DNA of 64,000 nt from Auanema rhodensis (Eukaryota > Animalia > Nematoda), in NCBI GenBank assembly GCA_964057225.1, contig OZ059897.1:12524001-12588000 (forward strand). Direction: 5' to 3'. The notes beneath the pieces were generated by a model. That model saw only the letters and a list, made by a program, of their open reading frames with translations, did no database searches and was not told the origin of the DNA. Positions 37,201-49,398 of the stretch are shown here, in pieces. Position numbers and translations under genes: made by a program. Every line of letters begins with the position of its first letter. Within the stretch, counting starts at the first letter, position 1.

Positions 37201-40200
37201 AGAGAAACAGGGAGAGATGTACACTACGAATACGCCATTCACAGGGTGAGATTCTGAGACCATTTCCATGTGTTTGAGCTCTTAGCCTCCTCAATCATGT
37301 TTTCCTTCTTCTCTCTCTCTGTTTATGAATTTAAAAAGAAGGTGAGGAACAGGAAAGTTAAGTCCACTCTTAGCAAGCTTTAATTCCTTGGAGGTTATTC
37401 ATCTATTTCCATTGCATGACCTTCCTCTCTAAATATATTTCTCTCTTTCTCTCACTCGCTCTCCCTCTCCCTCTCTCTCTCCCTCGCTTTCTCTCTATCT
37501 TCGTTCTTTTTGTTTTCTATTTCTTAGTAACATTTCTCTTCTCTGATTACTTCAATTCTTTTGCACATCATTATAGTTCTTCCTTCTCTCACTCATGCTG
37601 CTGCTTAGTGGCGATCACGACTATTGACACAGTCCGAGAACCATCTACATGCTTCTTTCTGTTCCTCTGTTCTCGTGCCTTCATTTAGCTTACAGTCATC
37701 TCTCTGTTTCTCTCTTTTTTCTGCAACTTTCATTGTCTATTCTTCAACTAACATTCTTTCATCATCTATTTCACTAGCTTCTCTTATATCCCTGTGCTTC
37801 TGTCATGCTTAAAATGAATTGTAAAGCCTGCTCCCCCTCTGGCTAGTATCGGAACAACTCCAACCTTCCCTAATAGCTCAATCGAACTCGATTTATTGGC
37901 ATTGGAAGTGTTCAAAAAAGCGAATGAGTGTCGAGGATGATTTAAGGGAAACAAAAGATGAGACAAAAGGTTAAAATATAAAAAACAAATGAAAAGAGTG
38001 AAAGAGATATAGTACAATGTTGAATACAGAATTAAAGCAAACCCGTCGAGATTACTTAAAATTTGTTTTTATAAAAAAAAATAAATATTAAATGATTTAT
38101 AGACATGGATCTACCTATTGCTGGTCAAACTCTGTCTGCCCTACAGCTACAGCTTGTGTTCAAGGATTATGTTGTGCTACAGGACGTAAGTTCATTTTTG
38201 TATTTAAATTAAATTAAAAACAAACAAAAAAATATTTTTCATTATATATGAATATAAGATGATTTTTAAAATCATTAAACATGCTTTTGCATGCCAAAAA
38301 ACTTCGTGACACTTGAATATCTTGACTGAGTGATTATGTAAGACGAAGTGTTTGTGTCTGTATTTGTGTGCCAAACATAGGACACAGAGATTAAAGTTTG
38401 AAGTGCTTCTTTTTCTTGATCAAAGTTTTGATTCAAGTTTTGATTTATTTATATATTATATATTTACATATATTATTTATCACAAATAGTTTATTATAAA
38501 ATAAGTTAAACAAATACTGTTTAAGTTATAATGCACGAATATAATTTATTTCATTTAACCATTTCTAATATTTTTTTATTATAACTTTTACTTTTATTAT
38601 CTAACCTTTCACTATTATTAATATTATTTTTGTTTAATTTCTCTCATTTAATCCTTGTTGTCCTCGACACTATAATTCTTGTAGCTAATAGCACGATTCA
38701 ACGATTATGTCCCTCATTTCAATGGGAATGTCTTGATGGTACTTGTCTGGATTGGAAATTACGTTGTAATGGAAGAGCTGATTGTACAGATGCTGGTGAT
38801 GAAAGATTCTGTGATGGTATGTTGATATACGCATATCTCTGTCCAATAGACGCTTGAATAATTGAAGTTTATGGCTACGATAATAAGAATTCTCTGAAAT
38901 TTTCTAGATTTTTCTGAGTTTTTTCTTAATTATCTATAAGTCATATACTGTTTATTCGTACTGTGCTCAGCTTGATCTTCGTTCACGTCTCTGTTACAAA
39001 CTGTCTCTGTTCGGTTTTTTTTGAGTTTTCCATCTGAGTTTCAGACAAAAAGCATTATATGTACACTGAACTTAACCTTGCACGCTTAACTACCGTAATA
39101 TTCCTGATCATATTTCAACCTAATTTTGATTTAAGTTTATCCCATTTTCCTGTCTATCAGTTTGCACTAGAAGAAATCAAAAATCTGAACTTTTTCACAA
39201 ACATTTTAAAATCAAAAAAAAGCATTGATAAACAGATAGAAGTGAAAGAGAACGAGAACTTTTTTTTTTCGATGGTAACCACAAAAAAAGTTTGAGAGAG
39301 AACGCTGGTATCCATTACACACATCACATACGTCTTCCGGGGTGTCAATGAGCATTGCTGTCATCAGAAGACATATTTCCGGTATCTATTTGCTTAAACT
39401 TTAGATTATTGGCGAATAAATCAAATAGTTTAAACATCATATAGGGGTATACAGTCAGATGAGACATTTCGATAGGATACTAACTAATCAAAGATATCCG
39501 ATTAGGTGTGATTGTTAGCAGAACTATCTGAGAAAAAGCTATAATATTGAATCTTAATCAAAATCTATAGAGAAAAAGAAGATATTATACTAAGCGTTAA
39601 GTAGCTATAAGACTTAATGACTATATTTGAACTGTATTTGAATAGTTTTAAGAATAAGAGAGGGATAAGTGAAAATGAATATGAGAGAAATGGATGCTTA
39701 GATGAAGTTACGAAGAAGAGGTTGAGTGAAAGAACAAACTATATATAGATTATAAGAAATTGTCAATATCGTATTATTATTTGATAATAAACGGTAGAAG
39801 TTTCAGGGACATTTCATTAATTTAATTATAAATCATATAACATTTTGATATTTTTAAAGTTTTTATCTCAATATATACCGGTTTATGGAAATTATATTAT
39901 ATTTAAAAACTTTCTGTATGCTTATTCCTTCTTTTTCAATTTATCTTGCTCTTCAGCTTTCCTCAATGATTTCAATCTTTCAGTTTCCATACAGGCATGA
40001 GAATTGAAATAGCCGAGGGTAATGATAAGTAAGAATGGCCAACTATAATTAGGAATTTTTTTTAAATTTCTTTAATTATTCCACTTACCGAAGTGTAATA
40101 GTTTCTTCGATAAGGAAACGTTGAACAAATGCTGCTCCAACTTCAGAGCCACCCAAGAAGTAAAAGTTGGAGTAAAGTCCAACAGCAAAGGGAAGAATCT

Positions 40201-43200
40201 ATATGTTGAGATTAAGTTGCACATATAATTCAACTTTCAAACCTGAAGCCATGCCAAAATGCGTCTGAAGTTGATATCACTAATATTAGCTTCTCTCCAT
40301 TTACGGAATTTATCAATAGTATATAAAGCTTTTGATGTCATTTCAATGAAAAGTGATAAGATGTTAAGAGAAATCCAAACAATGTTATGATGATGGAAAC
40401 CATGCCATATCAATACAAATCCATATGAAACGAAAACTCCTATGATTTTGCGTGGAAGCGAAAAGCTTGGAGCGCAAATAGGAATGAAAATATAATTTTT
40501 GAAGAATTGATAGAGACCACGATCAAATTCTCTCCAAATCTGAAATAGTTTAAACTTTGATCTAGTATGTGTTGAAGAGAAACTTTTGAATATAAAGTGA
40601 TGCGAACGATACAGATAGGTCCCTCAGGTGGTGTCATGTTGTCTAATTTGGCAAACAAAGCAGGAAATCCGAAAATGACGACATACTTGAGATGGAAGAA
40701 GATACCTGAAGTTAACGTTAATATTATGTTCTTCAAGAAATAAAATGAGAAATGAATTTAAATATTTATCTTACCAATAGCCATTCCTAAAGCCACAAAT
40801 TGATCCTTGGGCAGAGAGAAAGCATACTTATGATCCCGAAGAATAGCTTCAAAGTATAAGAAATGAAGCATAACTTCAGCTAAAATCCACCAGAAAGCCA
40901 GTCGAACAGCAAACCAAATACTATTCTATAAATTAATTTTATTTACGAATAAATAAAATAATTAGTATTATACCTTAATATCTCGTTCCTTTTTCATTCG
41001 ATTCTCATATTGTTGTTCAAAATCTGGATAAAGAACAATGAGAGTGAATAAGTACGGTTGATAGAAAGTATAGAACAACATTCGTAAATATTTTTTGAAA
41101 AGAGTATCATCTTCTTTACGAATAGTAGTTGAGCATGTTTCTAAGTTGAAAGAAATATATGAGAGAAAACTAAAATAAAGTAAAATAATCAATAATTATG
41201 TATATAATTATATTAACCTATAAGATACAAATGTATAGATTTGGAATGGATCATCAGATAATAAGGTTGGATGATGCATAGTCACATATAGTGTTGGTAA
41301 CGAACTTAACCATACACTCCACTTATTTCTGAAAATACATTTTCCTTCATATTGTATTCACAAAAAAAAAGAATTTTTACTTGAAATAGTTGGAAACCAA
41401 GAACATGACAGTTCCTTGAAATATACTACCAGCTACTAATAAGGGTGAAAACCATAATGCACATCCAATCATTGAGCATATAGTATAAAGTGGTACAAAT
41501 ATGTTTTCAGATAAAAACTTTGATCCAATATTAAATAATACTGTATGAGATAAGAATAATGGTAAATATTGTAAAGCAAATGGTGACCATTTATACCATT
41601 CCCAATTACTTATATCCTATAATTGAAAAGTTAGATGAATTTTCTATTTCTATTACCTTAATACGAGCACCAATAAATGGTAATGTACTTTGAATACCAT
41701 AATCTCCATATTTCCATGTAAAACCTTGACTAGCTTGATAAACTCCATAGTAAGCATAAGCTAAGGTACAGAAAGATATAGCAAAACATAATTTTATTTC
41801 TGGTAATGGTGGATATTGGAATAGAATCCGTTTTACTGGCTGAGCTGTGGTTCCCATTTTACCCAATAGAAGTCAATAAGTTGAACTTCTAAAAATTAAA
41901 ATAAATCTAATGAAAGTGAAATGAAGATAATAGAAAGTGAAAGTTATAATAATAATATAATAAATAATATAGTATATAAATGAATTTAGCTTGATATAGT
42001 TGATAGAGATAGATATATTATGTTGAAATATCGGGTCAGAGTGGCAGAGAACGAGTTCAAGGTTATTTTCGGGTAAAATCAACTGCCCTTTACCTTTTGC
42101 AACTTGTTAAAATCTTTAACTTAAACTTTATTTTGTAAATAATTAAATTAATAAAACTGAAAGAATATTTAACAAGTTTGAAGAACTAATATAAGAAAAT
42201 GCGAACTATCGAACAGGAGTATTGGAGGCGAGAGATGGCCCAATTGAACTATTCTGAAGAGGATATGGGTCAGTGAAAGAGAAATTTCTGTGGATCTATT
42301 CTCTATCTTTCTTGTCCATTCCTGTAAAATAGAAAAGATACATACATTCTATGTGGATATAGGCATTTCATTGAGAAATCCAATTTAAAATTCTTGAATT
42401 TCTAATGAAAAGAAGTAGAAAGAAATCAATAATACCGGTACTGACATAGAGATTTTTGAATAAATAAATGAAAATTCACGTCAAATGATACAAACTCACG
42501 TGAACATATTTATACATTTAATTTTAAAATTTTTGTTTATGAGGTTGCATTTTTAAAATTTAAAATTTGCTTATATATTTATGTATGAAGCTTTAAAATA
42601 ATTATATTTATATATTAATTTTATAATATTATTTAGGTAATGAAAAGAGATCAGTAATTTCTAATAATGGACATTGCTCAAATGAAGAATTCAAATGTGA
42701 TGATGGTGTATGTATTTCCCGTTCTCGTCATTGCGATCGTCATTATGATTGTTCCGATGGATCTGATGAAACCAAATGCGGTAAGGTTTCTTAAAGTTTT
42801 TTCCCTCCAAAATATTTTTCAAGTCTGTTTGAAACTATTTGAAGGCAAAGTTTCAAGAAATGTGTATTCAAGAAACAAACGTTGAACATGATGTTTAATG
42901 ATGTCAAATGTTTGAATAACATTAAAGTTTGTCGCTAATCACAAAAAGAAAAAAAAATCATAAAATTGATATGAAAGATTGTATTCTAAAGCAATGACAT
43001 TACATATCCTATATCAGATATTATGTTCAAAAAAGTTTTTCTTCTGAAATGATCAAGATTTCATATTTTTCTACAAGCAATGTAAATATGGAAAATCAAA
43101 ACATATAATTATAAAATATTTTTGTTATTTAACATTGTATTGTTAACTAATCCACGTATTAACTATATGTTCATGTCTTGTTTTGTCCAGATTACTATGT

Positions 43201-46200
43201 CAATGCTATGAAAGCTCATTCTTCTTCTAATGGCCATCAAACTCAACATCATCAAGCTCAAGAACATCCAGCTCAGGAACATCCAGCTCAACAACATCCA
43301 ACTCTTGAATCTCACCCAGGTTTAACATTTGAATTTATTTAAACAAAAATATGTTTACAATTCAAATTATATGTATATTTCTAATTTATATATAAGACTA
43401 AAGACATAGGTTTTATATATATTTCAGCAATATCACCTCGAGATCCAAACTGTAGGTTTTACCACAGTATAATCAGCATTAGTTAATATAAAATACATCA
43501 CAATTGATATGAAAATATTAACATTTAAAATGAAAAATTGTATAAATTATACAAATTATTAACATAAATAACTGTTTGTTTTTGCACATTCAATTAGAAA
43601 ACAATGTTCATTATTATAGTTTAGATAGATGTGTGTATCACGTAATATTCACAAATCATTTTTTAAAATCACTTTTTTTTTAATTTTTAATTAATATAAA
43701 TTAAAATATTTAAAGGTCAACATCATGCTAGTCATCAACAAAGTTCTCATCATCTTGAACATGCTTCACATGATCCTAATATTGAATGTACTGATCAAGA
43801 ATTCAGGTATTCAAATGAATTTTCATCTATTTTCAAAATATTTTTAATAGATGTCCATATCTTGTTCAAGTTAAATGTTTCCATTATGATAAATTATGTG
43901 ATGGAGTAGATGATTGTGGAGATGGATCTGATGAGGTTTTCTTATTATTTTAATTAAAATTATTATTTTTTTCTTTTTATTAGGTTAATTGTGAATCTGG
44001 AAGTAAAGAAGAACCTGAAGTAACTGAAGTTAAAGCTACTCTTAATGGTGATTGTAATCAAAATCAATTTAAGTAAGTCTTTTAATATATTTTATTTTTT
44101 AAATTTTATTATATATTAGATGTGGTGATGGACGTTGCATTGATTTATCATTAGCTTGTAACCGTAAATACGACTGTGATGATGGTACTGATGAAACTCA
44201 TTGTGGTAAGTATTCTAAACTATGAAAACATTTTCATTTTTTAAACTTTTTTCAAAGCTTAAGCTTAATAAGTGTTATGAAAAGAAAAAAAAAGCAATTT
44301 TTTGAAAACTTTTAACGATTTGACGACGTTTTATTTATATTGACGTATCAAGGCATCTTCTTCAAGTAGTTTTAGTTAAGTGGCTAGTATTTGAATTTAG
44401 ATTTTTCTGAATGTTCTTCATTGGTTTCTTTTTTTTTAAAGAAAGAAGAAACAAATAAATTGTAAAAGAAAAACTTAAAAATTGAAAAAAAAGAAGATGA
44501 TTAAGCATATTATATAGAATATAGAAATTGGATAACATATGTAACTTATAAAACTCATTAAATGAATACATATTGTTCTCATAAAAAATAATATTGAAAA
44601 AGAGATGTGATAGAAGAATCATGACCAGATGTTTTCCTGATATAAGCCACTTTCATGCTATTTCTCATGATGTTCGTCTGGTCTTTTCGGAACAGGAAAA
44701 GAAAAAAAGAAAAAGAATTAAATTCATACATCAAACATTATTTGATTCATTTTTATATTTAAAATTCGTTTTTTTTTCAGAGTATTTCAAATCTGCTATC
44801 TCTCATCGTGCTGATCGTAATAACAATAATGCTCGAGATGATGAACTTAAACGACGTGAAGAAGAAATCAGTCGCCGCGAGCAGGTAAAGGGCTAGAAAA
44901 ACCACATCCAATCGAAATCTCTCTCGTTCAGGAAGAAGCTCGTCGTGAGGAAGAACTCAGAAGACGTGAAGATGTTGAGCGTAGACGTGAGGAAGGAGAA
45001 AGACAACGTGAACATGCTGCTCAACAGCAACATCATGAAGAAGAAGAAAGACGTCGTATTGAGGAGCACCGACGTCAATTGGAACAAGGAACTCAGCATG
45101 TTGAGCCACTACCTAAGGTTTGGTTCTTTTCTTGTTTATGAAAATATAGGAAAATATTTGACTGTAGTGGTTACGGTATGTCAGCAGTTGAGAAGTCTCA
45201 AGCTGCCAGAACTGAAATACTTAGCACCTTAGATGGTCAAAATCCCTGAAATGGTCTTGAAGCTCAAAATAAGATCAGATTGCCCTTGGCAGCCCAACAC
45301 ATGTGTGTTGTAAGGAGAGACAGCAGCAATAGCAGCCGTTGAAGTAGGAGGAAAAGGGTGGGGGACTAAACGATGAACAGGTGGACCAAAGATGAAAACA
45401 GAAAGTGAAATTTGAACGTAATTAGTAATTCAACATGAAAATATTTGTCTAGCTTGAACAAATTCAATTCCTTAGTTTATTTTCTTCTAAGTTTGATTGA
45501 GCCAAACTTCCAAATAAGAAAATTTCTGACGAACATCTGAAGGGAATATTTGGGCTTCTTTCTAATCAAATGTCATATCGGATATATCTAATGTGAAATA
45601 CTAGAATACAAAGAAGTGAGAACATATTGCCCCAGGGAATGTGTTAAAACATAACAATTTCAATTGAATTTAAAGCTCAATGAAATGGTCAAGCGGCAAT
45701 TTCGTTTTGTTTAGCACAGCTTAACAGCTTAATGTTTCAAATAAGTGTTCGATTTAAGATGTGTCGTTAAGGCTGAGATTGTTTTTCAGTATGTTCATTG
45801 ATTTGAGTCATAAAACTTTTAGTTTTATTTCTATTGAATATCCTGACTAAGTAGCTTCTAGCTTGAATTGGTGGTCTGCACCGTCGATGAAGTTGAAAAA
45901 CCCAATTGGTGTCGTTCGAATTGATGCGTATAGCATCCTCTCGTTGGTCATTTCCCGAAGGAGAATGAATTTGAATAAGAATTTTGTTTTTTTTCTATTT
46001 TTAGACACAGTAAACCATAATCAGATATTGAATTTTAAACAGAGAATGAAAGATGTCTTCAAATTGCCCGGACAATTTATCAATGTTTCTTGGGCCATTT
46101 GTGCGTGTGTTGACAGCTTCATCTCTCACTTATTTCAACATGGCCTCTCTTGTTGTCTAAAACTTCTATCCCGTTTCTGTGTTTGCATCTTCTTTGCCTT

Positions 46201-47506
46201 TTTTTTTCGGAATTTCTTTGATTATCCGAAATATCAAGAATATGAGATTTTGACAAAAAAAACATTAGTTCCTTTGATGATGTTTCATCTTATCTTCGGA
46301 AATGTTTAAATCAAACGAATGTTGATTCATTTGAAAGAAATGTTTATTAATGTTGCTTCAAGTTCAACTTATTGATACAACCTTAAAGAAAATGGTTGAC
46401 AAGTCAAAATTTGCTACTTAGCACCTCGCCAACCTCTGTTATCTTATAGATGAAGGACTTCACCGACCGCTACTAGCACTTGCAGTCCAAGGTTTTGAAA
46501 TGTCTATCTGACAAGCGTTTCAAATATTGTGAATCATTTGTATCACATCTATCATTCAAAAGTAAAAAATTCGAAAAGCTTTTGGAACAACAATCTGTTG
46601 ACAGAGATGCTCCGTTCTGTTCAATTTCGCTTAAAAAACTACAAGATAGGTTAGAAAACTTCAGGACGGATTGTGAGTATATTACAAACTTACTCTGAAG
46701 TCCATGTGATACTCCTTGATCTGGTCTGCCTGTTGATGTGTTGTCATTTAACTGATCGCTTTAGGCGATAGTAAGATCGACAGGCGGCCATTTGATGTTG
46801 ATTGATAACAGGCTTAATTATATTTATATAGTTAGAATGTTTTTGTAAGAAAACTTAAGCTTCACATTCCTATCAATTTGTCTTAAGGGTTGCAGATAGA
46901 TAGATAGGTAGATAGATAGATGTAGCTGAAGAAGTTCATACAACCAAAATGTAATAGTGGTATAAGTATTATAAAATGTGTATAAATACAACAAATATAT
47001 ATTGAAAAACATATAAACAATTTATTAAAGCTTAATTATACTAATTATTTCTATTTCCAGCCTGCTCATCATACTGGATTATCAAATGAAGTCATTTTCA
47101 AAGAATATGATGACGAAGACGATGATGTCGTCTGCTTAGATCATGAATTCCAATGTGGAAATGGAGAATGTATTGATAAGTATGTAAACTTCTTTTCATA
47201 TCTTTGAGTATTTTCTACTCTTTAGACGACGTGTGTGTGACACTCGTCCAGATTGCTTAGACAGCACTGATGAGGATAACTGTGCCGAACGTTTACATCA
47301 GTCCCCTGAAGACGATGTTGACCACACCTTGAGACATCAACAAGAGCATCTTGATCATCAACGAATTGATCAACGTCTTCAACAACACCAACGTGAACAT
47401 TTGCAACATCAGCAACATCAGCAACACCAACAACACCAACAACAACAGCAACAGCATCATCATCACAATCTCAAGCAAGCAGAAGCCCATAGCGCAACCT
47501 TCCACA
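33262..47506 (+). CDS. Secreted SEA/Ig/LDLa-repeat unit upstream of unc-52 (separate gene or 5' extension of perlecan); 3' end unresolved
   Basis: Exon 33262-33460 encodes a signal peptide plus [18 protein letters not shown]-like exons 34744-34924 and 34978-35132 ([24 protein letters not shown]). Eight LDLa repeats at ~35623, 36250, 36763, 38700, 42670, 43790, 44050 and 47130; an Ig domain at ~35795-36230; a Cys-rich module ([35 protein letters not shown]); His/Gln and Glu/Arg linkers. The last clear exon ends at a phase-1 donor CAC A|gtacgt (47506). Confidence 0.82.
34226..34286. repeat. (CT)n microsatellite
   Basis: About 60 nt of near-perfect CT dinucleotide repeat in an intron. Confidence 0.95.
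39922..41857 (-). CDS. hhat-1: MBOAT-family hedgehog acyltransferase (HHAT/Gup1-like), nested antisense in an intron
   Basis: Spliced protein [10 protein letters not shown]...[10 protein letters not shown]...[10 protein letters not shown]...YTFYQPY...[13 protein letters not shown]...PPEGPICI...[20 protein letters not shown]...FVLIWHG...NFYFLGG...DKLKKKE* (TAA 39922-39924). The HHAT-type WRxFDxGLY motif and the catalytic His in WHG are intact. The symbol rests on family plus my recollection that C. elegans hhat-1 lies beside unc-52; hhat-2 is not excluded. Confidence 0.88.
45900..46800 (-). mobile_element. Possible highly decayed non-LTR retrotransposon (CR1/L2-like RT) relic in an intron
   Basis: Minus-strand translation gives weak RT-like echoes in the expected order: [12 protein letters not shown] (cf. 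NYRPISLLS), a KAF-like stretch and RLSDRHF (cf. FLSxR). There are many stops and no recognisable YADD/FADD. Confidence 0.2.
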
Positions 47507-49373
47507 GTACGTTTTATTTCATTTGGTTTCAGAAGTATAAATGCTTATTTCTTGATTAATTGGAAAAGTTTAAATAATGTTGGTTCAATTTTTTTGAGTT
47601 TAAAAGTTCTTAGAATATCAAGAGAAGCAAAAATGTCATTTGAACTAAGAGTCAATTTGATGGATTGAGTATATAGAATGATATGGACTAATTTTCTATT
47701 TCTATGTACACGAACTGTTCTATCTATCGTTTTTTTCTCTGATTTTTCATCATTATGATCATCATCACCTGTATCAAATTTAATGATCAACGAACTGCTT
47801 GCCAGAAAACACAAGCAACAGCTCGATTTATGGAGACGCCTAACACATGGGGCGTGGCATATGATATAGCTCCACCCCTGGTGGTTGGCAGAATAATGCC
47901 TCCCCGCCCTTCGTAGCGTTTGAACACAAGAGATTGACTTCGGCTTTTTATTTCTTGTAGCCTGTCATCTAATCTAATATATATATATTTAATTATATAT
48001 TATAATGTATAAGTTTGTCATCACTTCTATTAATATAAAAAATATTTCTTTAATTAGTTAAAGAAAATTAATATGAGAGAAGATATAAATCATAGAAAAC
48101 TGTGTTATGATCTCATTAATTTTATTCTCAAAAAAGCATAACTTTCAGTATCCTTTTATTATTTTTTCTCTTTTAACTATAAAAAGAATTATTATTAAAG
48201 TATATTATAATTAATAATTCTTCTTATACTACACATATTCATTGATTCTTCATACTTCTTGTGTTCTTACTATATCATATAAGTTAAAGCTAAGAAAAGA
48301 TTTATTTGAATCTTCTTTTATTTGTTACCTTTCTTCTCTTTTTAACCTCCTGGAATTCAGTATATAGTTAAAAACAAATACTATTATCCAGGTATACAAA
48401 CACAAGTTTCTCATCTCATCACAACTTGACGTAATTGGTCTCATCAATCCGATTCAATCACCAATTGGAAAAAATGAACAAAACCGCGAACAATTCTTTT
48501 TTTCAAAATTTTTCTTTCTATTTCTCTTCCTATCTCTCTATTTTTACCTTTTTTCTCTTTCTCTCTCTTTCTCTCATTCTTAGTCTTTTTCCTTCTCTCA
48601 CCTCTCGTTTTGCTTCTTTTCTATTCAAGTTATCTCCCGTTCTCTTCAACTTATCTGTCTCTCTCTCTCTCCTATATTTCACATTTTCTATCCAAACCGC
48701 TCATGACGCAGCTGCTGTGGCTTCATTCTTCCTGCCTTTACTTCATTCAAGCTCAGCGGCTATGCCTTGCTGTGTTCCTTAAGAAAAGGAGAAAAACTGA
48801 GAAAGTGAAGATGTCTATTTTCCTCACCCCTGATCATATGTTCGAGATAAAGATGAAGTGATAAAGTATGTTCAAGCATAGAGCTGATCAGTGCTTTCTC
48901 CTGCTTGACCATCTAAAAAAAGATTTGTAAAGTATTGGTAATGAATATAATACTTTTTTCAAAACTTTTATTTGGTATAACTAGTTAAATATATGAAATA
49001 TATAGTTTATATAAAGAATAAATAATATATTTTTTATATTATTTCTAGATATATCAGTATGACTAATATGGGAATACCTAGTAGGTGTATGTATAATTCT
49101 TACAATTCCAAATGAATCACTAACTCAGTTTTGAATTTCTTTATGAATAGCCAAAGAACTAAACGAAAACTATATATCAATAATTCTTTTTCTCCCGTTG
49201 ACACTCTCTCAATCGACTTCTCTTCCGATTTGAGAATCTACGTTAAGAATACTTCCTTTTTATTATTTTGAATGAAAGAATTACCATCTTGTTTTTGATT
49301 CTTATTGTATTTTTTCTTTCTGCTCCTGATGAATCATAGAGAAAACTTCATCTCTGTTTCTTTCTAATACTCT

Positions 49374-49398
49374 TTCTCTCTCTCTCTCTCTCTCTCTC
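49374..49398. repeat. (CT)n microsatellite
   Basis: Run of CT dinucleotides. Confidence 0.85.

Noticed and set aside
45190-45400. Short minus-strand open frame ([14 protein letters not shown]...) in an intron
   Set aside because: No start, acceptor or homology; could be part of the decayed element.
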